Of a stretch of DNA of 64,000 bases, positions 23,453 to 33,949 are shown one piece after another; position 1 is the first letter of the stretch, and each line of letters starts with the position of its first letter. A model generated the notes under the pieces. That model did no database searches. It saw only the letters and a list, made by a program, of their open reading frames with translations, and was not told the origin of the DNA. The stretch lies in NCBI GenBank assembly GCA_965217895.1, contig CBDCJV010000002.1, positions 960,001 through 1,024,000 of the forward strand. Reading direction: 5' to 3'. A program made the position numbers and the translations under genes. The DNA is from Waterburya sp. GTDB lineage: Bacteria; Cyanobacteriota; Cyanobacteriia; Cyanobacteriales; Xenococcaceae.

Positions 23453-24862
23453 ATGAGCAAGGATAATTTATATTCAGCGCAAAGTATTACCGTGGGCAAA
23501 AAAACTTCGAGACAGGAAAACCATTTAAATCAGGCTCGTGCTAGCCTACAGCAGGCGATTTCTTGGTATTCTGGTTTTCGTCGTCATGGTAATTCTCCTC
23601 CAAATGAACGTTTACAGGCTTCTGTCAGAAAAGATTTACAGTCTTTACAAAACGCCCTGGATAAATTAGACCGCAATGCAATTCGCATCAGTACTTTTGG
23701 TTTAGTTAGCTGCGGAAAATCTTCTTTGATTAATGCCCTATTAGAAGAAGAGGTAGTTGCCACAGGACCTTTGCATGGTGTAACCCAATCTTTGACTGTT
23801 CTACAGTGGAGTCCATTACTAGATAAAAGCATCAACGTTGAGTTGATTGATACTCCTGGCTTAGATGAAGTGGCAGGAGAATCACGGGCAGCTATGGCGA
23901 GGGAAATAGCCCAAAAGTCGGACTTGATTTTGTTTGTAGTGGCAGGGGATATTACCCGCACCGAGTATGAGGCTTTATGTGAGTTAAGAAGTACTCAAAA
24001 ACCTCTAATTTTGGTTTTTAATAAAGTCGATCTCTATCCAGATCGCGATCGCCAAAAAATTTATCAACAATTACAGCAGCTAAATGCAGCACACAGCTTC
24101 GGCAGTTTAGATGATCTTATCGCCCCTCATGAAATTGTCATGGTGGCTGCCAAACCTCAAGCAATCAAAATTAGAGTAGAATCGGCTGATGGCAAGGTTG
24201 AAACTAGCTGGGAAAACCCCGAACCTGAGATTGCAGAATTACAGACAGCTTTGCAGCAGATCTTACAACAGGAGGGAAAATCTTTACTCTCCTTAAATGC
24301 TTTAGTACAGGCGAGGGATGCGGAGGTTAATATTGCCCACAAAACCATTGAACTACGCCAAGAAGAAGCAGAGAAAATAATTGCCAAATATGCCCGCTAC
24401 AAGGCGATCGCCGTAGCGATTAATCCAATTATCTTTGTTGACCTAATTGGTGGTTTTATTGCCGATTTAGCCTTGATTCGCTCGCTATCAAAGCTATACG
24501 GACTACCTATTACTACCTACGAGGCAGGCAACCTCCTAAAACGGATTTTAGCTAGCTCTGGCGGTTTACTGTTTAGTGAAATTGGCAGTAGTTTGGTTCT
24601 GGGGGTAGGTAAAAGTGGTGCGGTTTTAACCAGTGGCTTCGAGAGTTCAGGCGCAATTACGGCTTATCTAGGTACGGCTAGTCTCCAAGGAGCGATCGCA
24701 GGTTATGGGTCTTATGTAGTTGGTAGAGTCGCTCAGCTATATTTAGAACAGGGCTGTACCTGGGGGGAAATGGGAGCATCTACCCTAATTAAAGAGATTC
24801 TATCTCAGGTAGAACCAAATACAATTATTTATCGTTTACGCCAGGAATTGCTGCAACAATAA
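23453..24862 (+). CDS. GTP-binding protein with DUF697 domain
   Basis: GLVSCGKSS, DTPG, NKVD; C-terminal DUF697-like hydrophobic region. Confidence 0.88.
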   Translation: MSKDNLYSAQSITVGKKTSRQENHLNQARASLQQAISWYSGFRRHGNSPPNERLQASVRKDLQSLQNALDKLDRNAIRISTFGLVSCGKSSLINALLEEEVVATGPLHGVTQSLTVLQWSPLLDKSINVELIDTPGLDEVAGESRAAMAREIAQKSDLILFVVAGDITRTEYEALCELRSTQKPLILVFNKVDLYPDRDRQKIYQQLQQLNAAHSFGSLDDLIAPHEIVMVAAKPQAIKIRVESADGKVETSWENPEPEIAELQTALQQILQQEGKSLLSLNALVQARDAEVNIAHKTIELRQEEAEKIIAKYARYKAIAVAINPIIFVDLIGGFIADLALIRSLSKLYGLPITTYEAGNLLKRILASSGGLLFSEIGSSLVLGVGKSGAVLTSGFESSGAITAYLGTASLQGAIAGYGSYVVGRVAQLYLEQGCTWGEMGASTLIKEILSQVEPNTIIYRLRQELLQQ

Positions 24863-24890
24863 ATCAATTATCAATTATCAATTATCAATG
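24863..24890. repeat. heptamer tandem repeat (STRR-like) ATCAATT x4
   Basis: ATCAATT ATCAATT ATCAATT ATCAATG; the last unit supplies the thrB ATG. Confidence 0.8.
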
Positions 24891-25808
24891 AATCAAGTTA
24901 CCGTAAGTGTTCCTGCAACTACAGCTAATTTAGGAGTTGGTTTTGACTGTATTGGCGCAGCTTTAACTATGGCTAATGAGTTTAAGTTTACTGAGGTCGA
25001 TACTGATAATAAGCTGAGGATAAATGTAACGGGAAAAGAGGCTTATAAGGTAAGTAAGAAAGAAAATAATCTTATCTATCAAGCTTTTTTAAGGCTTTAT
25101 CAACAAATCGGTAAAACGCCTCCCAACATAGAGCTAGATATCAAGTTAGAAGTACCTTTGTCAAGAGGTTTGGGCAGTTCGGCTACGGCAATTGTCGGCG
25201 GTTTATTAGGAGCAAATGCTTTAGCCCGAAACCCTTTAAATAAAGTTGAAATTATCGAGATGGCGATCGCCATTGAAGGTCATCCTGATAACGTCGTTCC
25301 CGCTTTGTTGGGCAATTGCCAACTATCGGTAGGGTCAGGAAGTAACTGGCAAATATGCTCTATTCCTTGGCATCAGGATATTATTCCTGTAGTAGCTATT
25401 CCCAATTTTGAACTGTCTACGAAAGAGGCTCGTTCTGTTTTGCCCCAAAAATATAGCCGTAGCGATGCAATTTTCAATATCTCCCGCATGGGTTTACTAT
25501 TAAGAGCTTTAGAAACCCATAATGAGTCATGGCTAAAAACGGCTTTAGCAGACAAAATACATCAACCCTATCGGCAGCAACTAATTACTGGTTACCCTGA
25601 AGTGCAGCAGGCTGCTATTGCTGCTGGTGCTTATGGCATGGTAATTAGTGGTGCAGGACCGACTTTACTAGCGTTAACCAATGCTAATCAAGTAGATCGG
25701 GTAGTTAAATCAATGGCTGAAGCCTGGTCACAAATTGGTATTGTGGCAACAGTGCGATCGCTTTCTTTAGATACAGTGGGGGCAAAGGTTTACTATGCAG
25801 ATTCTTGA
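24888..25808 (+). CDS. thrB: homoserine kinase
   Basis: VPATTANLG.GFD, PLSRGLGSSA, EGHPDNV, ISGAGPT. Confidence 0.97.
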   Translation: MNQVTVSVPATTANLGVGFDCIGAALTMANEFKFTEVDTDNKLRINVTGKEAYKVSKKENNLIYQAFLRLYQQIGKTPPNIELDIKLEVPLSRGLGSSATAIVGGLLGANALARNPLNKVEIIEMAIAIEGHPDNVVPALLGNCQLSVGSGSNWQICSIPWHQDIIPVVAIPNFELSTKEARSVLPQKYSRSDAIFNISRMGLLLRALETHNESWLKTALADKIHQPYRQQLITGYPEVQQAAIAAGAYGMVISGAGPTLLALTNANQVDRVVKSMAEAWSQIGIVATVRSLSLDTVGAKVYYADS

Positions 25809-26301
25809 AACTCCTCGGCTGATTCTAAGATATTTAACTATTCGTGATAGCGAGGCTTTAATACCAATTTTAGGCGATCCTCAAGTAATGGAATTTTCGC
25901 TTATTGGAGTCCATGACCGTCGGCAAATTCGGCAATTTATTGAACAGAGGCTATTATCCTACCTAGAGCGTGGTTTTGGGCTATATGCTTTAATTCACAA
26001 GCAAAACCAAGAGTTAATTGGCTACTGTGGCTTTTTTGTTCAGAAAGTAGATGAGCAAAAAGAAGTTGAAATTGGCTATCGTTTGGCTAGTCAATATTGG
26101 GGAGAGGGGTTAGCCACTGAAGCAGCCACAGCGGTTTTAGAATATGGTCGCTCCAGATTCATGTTTAAACGCTTTGTCTGTCTGATTGAACCAGCTAACA
26201 CTCGTTCTATTCGCGTAGCTCAAAAACTAGGTATGAAATTAGAAAAAGAGATTATTTATCATGGCATCGATGTAGAAATGTACAGTGTTACTTGTGAATG
26301 A
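25795..26301 (+). CDS. GNAT N-acetyltransferase (RimJ/RimL-like)
   Basis: LETPRLILR, EIGYRL, WGEGLATEA, N.RS.RVAQKLGM. Confidence 0.9.
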   Translation: MQILETPRLILRYLTIRDSEALIPILGDPQVMEFSLIGVHDRRQIRQFIEQRLLSYLERGFGLYALIHKQNQELIGYCGFFVQKVDEQKEVEIGYRLASQYWGEGLATEAATAVLEYGRSRFMFKRFVCLIEPANTRSIRVAQKLGMKLEKEIIYHGIDVEMYSVTCE

Positions 26302-26414
26302 TATTCTTCTCCTGAGAAACCAAAAACGATAATCGAATTTCACTAGATTAGTATAATTCTGATTTTAGCGTCGCATATTGTCTCGATGTTAATAATTGCG
26401 AAATACATTAATTT

Positions 26415-27584
26415 TTAAACATCTTCAGAGTCTAAAGTTTTATCTTCGTTTTGCTCTATTTTTTGAACTTCAGTGGTGATATTAATTTCTGTGGTGGTCA
26501 CTTCAATAATATTAGACTGATCTGACTCTCGATTACTTAACGCATCTTCAGGTATCGCTTCTAATACTTCAGCAACTTCAACTGTTTCTAAAGAATCCAA
26601 GGGAGATGGTTTTTTTTCGGTTATGGCTTTAATCTCTGGAACTTCTGTTGCGTCAGGAGCAGTTTCTGCTTCAATCTTATTAGGGGTAGCAGATTCATCT
26701 TCAGACTTAACTTCAGGTTGTTCAGCTATTGACGGAGTAGTCTTTGGCTCAGATGTAGAAATGTTTTTTGAGCTTTTTGCGGTGTCAACTACCTTGTCTC
26801 GATCGACTACCGATGCTTGGGATTGAGTAGTTGGGATATTAGCTTCTGCTTCTTCTTGGGGTCGATCGCCTTGAAAATCGGCTATTTGTTGAGGAACTTT
26901 TATCTGTTTGTTTGCCTCAGATTTGGCTATTTCTGGCTGAGGTTCGACTGTATCTGGAGCAGTAGCTTTTGGCGCGGTAATTGGCTGTGTTTCTGCAACA
27001 GGTTCGCTAGTAGGATTAGTTGCTGTGGTATTTTGTGCTTCTTCTAAGATATCGTCTAGCTTGGTATTAGTAATAGCAGCCTTTTGCTTGTTACCAAACA
27101 ATCTGCCCAATACTCCTGATTTACTTTTATTACCGCCAGAGATTTTCTTATTATTCTGTAATTTACTTTCTGGTGAAGTCGTCTCAGGAATAGCTATTTC
27201 TTGTTCGGTAACTTTAGCTGGAGTTGCAGTGTTATAAGGTTCGACTGGCTGATATTTTGGTTCGCTACGCTTTAGTAAACCGTTGAGTTTCTGTAGTACA
27301 GAAAAATTATTGATGGCAGATGCCTTAGTAGGATTGGCGACTGCTTTTCTCAACTTAAGAGTTTGCCAACTATAAGAAACGATTAAGACTGTTGCTGCTG
27401 CTTGTCCTAATAGCACAGCACCAGTAATGTTTCTCGCACAAAACCACAGCACCAAGGCATAAAACAAGCCTACTCCACTCCAGAGAAAATCATCTCGACG
27501 ATGAATGTCAGAAATTAAAAAAGCTGTTGAGAATAAAACTAAACTACTTAAGGTTATCGCGATCGCCAAGGCATATGACAGCAT
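26415..27584 (-). CDS. ycf66: Ycf66 family protein with long low-complexity tail
   Basis: N-terminal TMs with RRDDFLWSGVGLFYALVLW; Pro/Glu/Thr-rich C-terminus. Confidence 0.75.
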   Translation of the reverse strand: MLSYALAIAITLSSLVLFSTAFLISDIHRRDDFLWSGVGLFYALVLWFCARNITGAVLLGQAAATVLIVSYSWQTLKLRKAVANPTKASAINNFSVLQKLNGLLKRSEPKYQPVEPYNTATPAKVTEQEIAIPETTSPESKLQNNKKISGGNKSKSGVLGRLFGNKQKAAITNTKLDDILEEAQNTTATNPTSEPVAETQPITAPKATAPDTVEPQPEIAKSEANKQIKVPQQIADFQGDRPQEEAEANIPTTQSQASVVDRDKVVDTAKSSKNISTSEPKTTPSIAEQPEVKSEDESATPNKIEAETAPDATEVPEIKAITEKKPSPLDSLETVEVAEVLEAIPEDALSNRESDQSNIIEVTTTEINITTEVQKIEQNEDKTLDSEDV

Positions 27585-27739
27585 TTTTCTGACTCCATCT
27601 CTGATTTCTCTATATATTTTGCGACAAGAACTTAAGATTTTGTAGTAATTGCAGTATTTTGTAAAGGAGAGCGTTGAGACTAGTAGATAATTTTTCTCTG
27701 CTTCCCTTCTTTTATACTGTAGTTTATTAACTATTTATT

Positions 27740-29188
27740 GTGGCTAGTTGGAAATTAAATAGACTTTGGCAGACTCTTACTTACTTTGAAGTTATTTCTC
27801 TAATTAGTTCTTGGCGAAACATTTTCAAGTTTAATCAATTTAAAAATTATAATCAACAAACAACTATGACAATTCTAGTAGCTGGAGCAACGGGTGGAGT
27901 AGGTAAACGTGTAGTCAAAAATTTACTTGAGCAAAATTATCGCGTTAGAGCTTTAGTTAGAGATGCAGCCAAAGCCCAAGATATGCTCTCAGATAAGATA
28001 GAACTATTTGAAGCTGACATTACTATCCCAGAAACCCTCAAGCCAGAAATGATGCAGGGAGTAAGCGCAGTTATTTGCTGCACAGGCACAAAAGTTCAGC
28101 CAGTGGAAGGGGATACCCCAACGCGAGAGAAATATTACCAGGGAATTAAGTTTTACCTGCCTGAAGTAGTCGATACTCCAGAGTTAGTCGAATACGCAGG
28201 GATCAAAAATCTGGTCAAAGTTGTCTCGCAGCATATTTCTTCTGCTACTGATAAAGTGTTGTTTGATTTTGCTCATCCCAACACCGATATAAAAGAAACT
28301 TGGGGTGCAGTAGATGATGTGGTCATGGGAGGAGTAAGTCAGAGTAATATTCGTCTAGCGGAGAATAAAGCCATTTTTTCAGGTATTGTATCCACTGACA
28401 ATAACGGCGGTTTTGCTTCGGTGCGTACTCGTAATTTTGAGCCACCCCTGGATTTATCTAATTACGAGGGAATAGAGTTAAAAGTGATTGGTGATGGTAA
28501 ACGCTATAAGTTTATTACTCGCTGTGAAGGTAAATGGGATGGAGTAGGTTATTGTCATTCTTTTGATACAGTTTATGATTTTCCGACGACTATTCGTATT
28601 CCCTTTCAAGATTTGATTCCTGTCTTTCGCGCTAAAACCGTCACCGAAGCAAGTGAATTAGATGCTGCTAAAGTTTACTCCATGCAGTTGATGTTAAGTA
28701 AGTTTGAATACGATGGTGAACTAAATCCTCAGTTTGAAGCGGGATCGTTTAGCTTAGAGGTTGAATATATCAAAGCCTATGGTGGTCAAGCAAAACCTCA
28801 ATTTGTCCAGGTAAGTTCAGCGGGTGTTACTCGCCCTAACCGTCCAGGAATTAACTTAGAAGAAGAACCCCCTGCGGTACGGATGAATGAGCAATTAGGC
28901 GGCATTTTGACCTGGAAACTACGAGGCGAAGAAGCTATCAAAGCCAGTGGCTTAACCTATACAATTATTCGTCCCTGTGCTTTAACCGAACAACCAGGAG
29001 ATAAAATTCTAGCTGCCGAACAAGGAGATAATATTAGGGGACAAGTCAGCCGAGATGCGATCGCCCAATTGTGTATTCAGGCATTAAATCTCCCCGAAGC
29101 AGTGAATAAAACTTTTGAAGTTAGAGAAGAACAGCAGGGTGATACTAATTGGAAAAAGCTATTTAATAATCTACAAGCAGATAGTTGA
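27740..29188 (+). CDS. CIA30 family protein with NAD(P)-binding Rossmann domain
   Basis: VAGATGGVG; WGAVDDVVMGGVS, NNGGFASVR; TIIRPCAL. Confidence 0.92.
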   Translation: MASWKLNRLWQTLTYFEVISLISSWRNIFKFNQFKNYNQQTTMTILVAGATGGVGKRVVKNLLEQNYRVRALVRDAAKAQDMLSDKIELFEADITIPETLKPEMMQGVSAVICCTGTKVQPVEGDTPTREKYYQGIKFYLPEVVDTPELVEYAGIKNLVKVVSQHISSATDKVLFDFAHPNTDIKETWGAVDDVVMGGVSQSNIRLAENKAIFSGIVSTDNNGGFASVRTRNFEPPLDLSNYEGIELKVIGDGKRYKFITRCEGKWDGVGYCHSFDTVYDFPTTIRIPFQDLIPVFRAKTVTEASELDAAKVYSMQLMLSKFEYDGELNPQFEAGSFSLEVEYIKAYGGQAKPQFVQVSSAGVTRPNRPGINLEEEPPAVRMNEQLGGILTWKLRGEEAIKASGLTYTIIRPCALTEQPGDKILAAEQGDNIRGQVSRDAIAQLCIQALNLPEAVNKTFEVREEQQGDTNWKKLFNNLQADS

Positions 29189-29281
29189 ACTCAAATTTTA
29201 AAACTCGTTACTCTGATTCGAGCGTATGTGCGGAAGTGCGCCTTTGTCTTGCGCCTGTCAAATCTACTCATTACTTGTTAC

Positions 29282-29457
29282 TTAACCTGAGTTCGGGATA
29301 AGTCCAAACCCTTGCTATACAAGTAATTGAAAAACCGTTTTTTCCAATTAAATTTAAAACTTAGAGGATTGAGGAATCTTTCAAAAGCTAATAGCTAATA
29401 GCCAATAGCTGATAGCTACCTTAACAGACTAATCGTGTTAATCCGAACTGACGTTAA
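29282..29457. mobile_element. MITE-like element family B
   Basis: Imperfect 20-bp TIRs TTAACCTGAGTTCGGGATAA / TTAATCCGAACTGACGTTAA (16/20 complementary); internal AGCTAAT heptamer repeats; no ORF. Confidence 0.6.
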
Positions 29458-31724
29458 TTAGGCACTTTCTTGGCATCATTGCGCCAAAGATGAAGCTTTG
29501 GATAGTCATCCCAGCCAATACTAACAATTTCTAAATCACCGTCCCCATCGAGATCGGCAACTCTAGTTCCTAAATGACTTTCGTGGTTTTTATCAACCAG
29601 ATATTCCATCCAGCTAGAACCATGATTGATGTTTTTCCAAATCTTAACTTGTTTACTGCCTCGATGTTCTCCCGTTACAATATCAACTTCTCCATCTTGG
29701 TCAAAATCGACAACGTCCATGCTGTTGGTCGTATATTGAGTTGCGACTAGATGACGAGTCCAAGAAGATTGAGAATCTTCTGGTTGCTCGAACCAATAAA
29801 CATGAGCATCTGGTTTTTTACCTTCGTTTTCTTCACTAACGACCAAATCTAAACGCCCGTCACCACTTATATCCGTTAGAGAAAAGCGATCGGGCCATTG
29901 AGAAATATTACCAATTTTATGCTTAGTCCAGTTTCCTTTGCCATTATTGGGATTTGACCACCAAGCAACTTTTTTGCCCCCTGTATACATATCTCCCGCA
30001 GCAATATCAATATCACCATCGCGATCGATATCCCCAACGCCGATTCCTTCATCAGTGGCTTCATTGGTGATTAAAACGCGCTGCCAATTTCCAGCAGCAG
30101 GATTATCGGGAATTTCAAAGTAATAAATTTCCCTGTCTTGATTACCGCCTGATAAGATTATCTCTGGTTTACCGCCAGGAATAATTTGAGCTAAACGATA
30201 ACCTTGTCCATTAATATGGGCTGTTGCTGGCATTGTGGCAACCTTAGTAATCGACCACGAACTAGCTTGAGCATCTTTAGCTTCCAACCAATAAATATTC
30301 GGCAAAGCTTCAGCGATCGCATCTGCCAAGTCATCACCATCGACATCGACGATCAACATGGCATCAACATCTAGAGGGAACTTAACCCTTTGCCACTTTT
30401 TTGTCAGATCCCCGCCTGGATTGCGATAAAAATAGCGTCCCGAAATAATTTCTGCAAAACCATCTCCAGTTAAATCGCCCATAGCTAGACCAAAAAAGCG
30501 TATTTCCTGGTTAAACGATTCTCGGCTGTCATCTACCTGAATATAAGTCCAATCATTAAGAGTTAATTTGGGTTTTGAGGTCAAATTCGACCAAAGTTCG
30601 ACTACTTTATCTCCCGTGTAATTTTTACCGACAATATCTAAACTACCATCCCCACCAACATCTCCAATACGAGCGTTATGAGTACCTTTTTGAGATAGTA
30701 TAATTTGCTGCCACTTGTCAGCTTGTTCTAAATTCTCATAGATCGTGACTTGCTTATCACCAGTATTCATCTCTCCAGCAAATACATCGAGATCGCCATC
30801 GTAATCAAAATCTCCTACTTCCAAACTATGAGTACCTTGAAGCGATTTTGGCTCAATCGGATGTTCTGTCCAGCTAGGATTGGCAAACCAAGAAAGTCTA
30901 CCCTCGCCCTCAGAGTGGCTCAAAACAATATCTTGTTTACCGTCATCATTCATGTCGGCAATAATACCGCGAGTTTCCTTCCCCCAGTTGGCAGTTATTT
31001 GATGTTTTTGCCATTTCAAGCCTTGGCGATCGCTGTTTTCATACCAGTAATGACTGGCTAAAATGTCGTTATCGCCGTCTCCATCGAGATCACCAATGTC
31101 TAATCCCTCCCCTGGGGGAGTATCAATTTGGTGGCGAGTCCAAGGCTGAATAGGATCTTCTGGGGCAGCAAACCAAGTCAATTGCCTGGGTCGATCTTTG
31201 CGAAAGCTAGCAACATCAAGATTGCCATCACCATTAATATCTTTGACCACTAGATCGTGAGCAAAATGATTGCCAATTCGGTGACTTACCCAACCAGAAG
31301 CTTGAAAAGGTTTGCCTGTATTTTCCCACCAAACAATTGCATCGTTTTTATAGTCGCTTAAAACTACGTCACCATCACCATCGCCATCGAGATCGGCAAT
31401 CTCACCATCGGTAGTAAATTCACCTTCAGCGATCGCATAACGTTTCCAGTCAGGATAATGATACCAAACTGCGCCGATAGATTCTTGAGAAGCCACCATA
31501 ATATCTGCTTGGCGATCGCCATCAATATCGCCGATGGAGAGTATATCCAAACAGCAGCCGTCACCTGAAGGAGGATCGGCATCGATAACCGTATGCTGGA
31601 AGACTAAAGAGTTATTTACCAGTTGACTATTAACCTGGCGATCGCTGTTAATAACAATACCCAACAGGATTATTGCTACGGCTACAATAATTCCCAGCAA
31701 AATAACAACTGATTTTGACTTCAT
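29454..31724 (-). CDS. FG-GAP/VCBS-repeat secreted or membrane-anchored protein
   Basis: N-terminal hydrophobic helix; many DxDGDGDxD Ca-binding repeats with W..H.I motifs, arranged in two similar halves. Confidence 0.88.
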   Translation of the reverse strand: MKSKSVVILLGIIVAVAIILLGIVINSDRQVNSQLVNNSLVFQHTVIDADPPSGDGCCLDILSIGDIDGDRQADIMVASQESIGAVWYHYPDWKRYAIAEGEFTTDGEIADLDGDGDGDVVLSDYKNDAIVWWENTGKPFQASGWVSHRIGNHFAHDLVVKDINGDGNLDVASFRKDRPRQLTWFAAPEDPIQPWTRHQIDTPPGEGLDIGDLDGDGDNDILASHYWYENSDRQGLKWQKHQITANWGKETRGIIADMNDDGKQDIVLSHSEGEGRLSWFANPSWTEHPIEPKSLQGTHSLEVGDFDYDGDLDVFAGEMNTGDKQVTIYENLEQADKWQQIILSQKGTHNARIGDVGGDGSLDIVGKNYTGDKVVELWSNLTSKPKLTLNDWTYIQVDDSRESFNQEIRFFGLAMGDLTGDGFAEIISGRYFYRNPGGDLTKKWQRVKFPLDVDAMLIVDVDGDDLADAIAEALPNIYWLEAKDAQASSWSITKVATMPATAHINGQGYRLAQIIPGGKPEIILSGGNQDREIYYFEIPDNPAAGNWQRVLITNEATDEGIGVGDIDRDGDIDIAAGDMYTGGKKVAWWSNPNNGKGNWTKHKIGNISQWPDRFSLTDISGDGRLDLVVSEENEGKKPDAHVYWFEQPEDSQSSWTRHLVATQYTTNSMDVVDFDQDGEVDIVTGEHRGSKQVKIWKNINHGSSWMEYLVDKNHESHLGTRVADLDGDGDLEIVSIGWDDYPKLHLWRNDAKKVPN

Positions 31725-31833
31725 TTGAATTTGATTTTAATTGTAATAAAATCCCCAAGCTTAAAGAAACAAATTTTCAGATATTTTCTAAGCTTAATCG
31801 AGCATTAAGCATTATTTTAATTTTTAACAACAC

Positions 31834-31877
31834 TGACACTAATCTGACATGAAGCCGACATGAGTGCTGCTTATATT
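31834..31877 (+). promoter_or_regulatory. candidate OmpR-type direct-repeat site plus -10
   Basis: TGACA-N6-TGACA-N6-CGACA-N11-TATATT. Confidence 0.5.
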
Positions 31878-31922
31878 GTGAACATTAAATTAAAGAAAAC
31901 AATTTTTACCTAAAGAGAAAGA

Positions 31923-32888
31923 TTGATGACTAAGCAATATCAAGCAGTAGGTGTTTTTGCCAATCGACGAGAAATCGAAACAGCGTTGAGAGAACTAATT
32001 AAAAAACATGGTTTTCCAGCAGAACAAGTATCCGTTGCCACCCAGGATCGAGAACAAGCTGATATCAATGATTTAGATGATCGAAGAACCGAATATGTTT
32101 ATGAAGCTCCAGTAGGTGCTGCAACAACTGGTAGTCTAACTGGCGGTACTTTAGGCGGATTAACTGGATTACTCATTGGTTTAGGGACTATTGCTATTCC
32201 TGGAATTGGACCAATAATATTAGCAGGAGCAACTGCTACCGCGATCGCCACTGCTATCGCTGGCGGGGCAATTGGTGCAGCTACAGGGACTTTAGTAGGT
32301 GGATTAGTTGGCTTGGGCATTCCCCAGTCAAGAGCCAAAACCTATCGTGCCAAGGTAGCCGAGGGCGGTTATCTAATCATCCTCGAAGGTACGCTAGATG
32401 AAATTCAATTAGCAGAAGAAATCTTAAGCCAGCACAGTATCAATGAATGGGAAGTTTATGATGCCTTTGAAACAGAGGCAATTAAAAAACCAAACGAAAA
32501 TCACTACCTGCACATCATGGGAACTTTTCCCCATCTAAGTGAAGCAAAAACTGCCGTGATTGAACTAATCGATCTAGGTTATCCCTTAAATCAAGTAACT
32601 CTATTTATCAATGATGACGATCGCCATGACTGGTTTCCTAATTTAAAAGTTGGTGATAGTCTCGATCGCATCTTTGCTCTATTACCAAAAGATAGAAGAC
32701 TATACTTCCAAGATAGTTTCGCTCTCGGTCAATACATCATGATGGTTACAGGGAATGAATCGGAACTACATCGTGCCGAAATTGTTTTAAGACTCAAAGG
32801 AATGCAGGGATTATATACTTACGATTCTCACAATCAAAGCATCTATACAGATAATACTGTCTCTACTGCATCCCGCTTATTGGTCTAA
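31923..32888 (+). CDS. general stress protein (YflT/17M-like) with glycine-zipper TM region
   Basis: AVGVF...A...L...GF....VS; GG.LGGL.GLL.GLG..AIPGIGP; GLGIP...A..Y...V..G.YL. Confidence 0.8.
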   Translation: MMTKQYQAVGVFANRREIETALRELIKKHGFPAEQVSVATQDREQADINDLDDRRTEYVYEAPVGAATTGSLTGGTLGGLTGLLIGLGTIAIPGIGPIILAGATATAIATAIAGGAIGAATGTLVGGLVGLGIPQSRAKTYRAKVAEGGYLIILEGTLDEIQLAEEILSQHSINEWEVYDAFETEAIKKPNENHYLHIMGTFPHLSEAKTAVIELIDLGYPLNQVTLFINDDDRHDWFPNLKVGDSLDRIFALLPKDRRLYFQDSFALGQYIMMVTGNESELHRAEIVLRLKGMQGLYTYDSHNQSIYTDNTVSTASRLLV

Positions 32889-32972
32889 ATTAGCGATTAG
32901 GCTTGGCAAGCGCGATCGCCATATTTAATAAGGTAATATTGTTGCCATTTATTTTCTTGAAAATTTCTTACC

Positions 32973-33500
32973 ATGAAAAAACTAACTACTGTATTATTAA
33001 CTAGCTTTTTGGTATTCGGTACAGCAGCCTGTTCTAATGTTGACAAAACCAGTGCCAATGCACCCAACAAGCAAACAGGAGTGAATACTAATGCTCCTAC
33101 TAAACCTGAAGCACAGAAAGATTAAAGAGACGCTCAACAGCGGAGTGGAATAAGCTGGGGAAACCCCAGCATTTCCTCCGCTCAAAGCCAAATTTGCCGT
33201 AAACAGCTTGACGAAGATATCCAAGCGCGAGAACAACGTAACGACTTTTTCAACAACGGCAGTGCAAAAAATAGAGCCGATGGCGATATCGTTAGTTAGG
33301 TAAGCGACACATTAGAAGCTAATCTTCCTAATAGCGAGCTTAATGTTAACGCTCAAAACGGAATTGTTACCGTTGCAGGAACTGTTCCTACTCAAAAACA
33401 GTTTGCCAGAATTAAATCTTTAGCCCAACAGGTCAAAGGTGTTCGTAGCGTTGATGTAAAAGCAAACATTGCCAGCGCAGGTTCTAATAGTAAAGGTTAA
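32973..33500 (+). pseudogene. BON-domain lipoprotein pseudogene
   Basis: Lipobox TAAC; QLDEDIQAREQRN and LEANLP...V.AQNGIVTVAGTVPT...IKSLAQQVKGVRSV (BON). In-frame stops TAA 33123-33125 and TAG 33297-33299; 48-bp insertion at 33138-33185. Confidence 0.85.
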
Positions 33501-33566
33501 ATCCTGCTTGAAAATTTTCTGATTCCCTCTTCTTACTGTTATAGCAATACGAAGCTGTGTTAGGAC

Positions 33567-33597
33567 ACTCCCTGCGGTGGGTACACCTTGGCTACTT
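33567..33597. repeat. short dispersed repeat, copy 1 (copy 2 at 57612-57642)
   Basis: ACTCCCTGCGGTGGGTACACCTTGGCTACTT vs ACTCCCTGCGGGGGGTACCCCTTGGCTACTT, 29/31 identical. Confidence 0.8.
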
Positions 33598-33949
33598 ACG
33601 AGCAATTAAATTTTCTGTCCTGTCTTGGTATGCGTACATGCGGCTAAAGCCTTTGTCTTGCGCCTGTGGTTTCCCAGGCGTTTATGTCGCCCGTCAAACT
33701 GTCGAACCCTTTAGGGGGTCGCACCGCTAACCGATTAATGTACTGCGATATAAAGAAGACGAAGTTTTTATTTTTTATCTGTAGAATTTGTCGCGGTAAA
33801 AACTTGTCGCACAGATTGAAAACCGTATTTTCAATAGTTTTTCAAATAGCGAAAGTTAGTTTATAAATAAATAATCAGTCTAAAGATAGAAGATATTTGA
33901 GAGCAAAAATAATATTTTTAGATATGTAACTAAGATTTGGAGAATATGT

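Noticed and set aside
32997..33866. Short ORFs 32997-33236, 33420-33605 and 33666-33866
   Set aside because: Antisense to the BON pseudogene or made of repeat-rich intergenic DNA.
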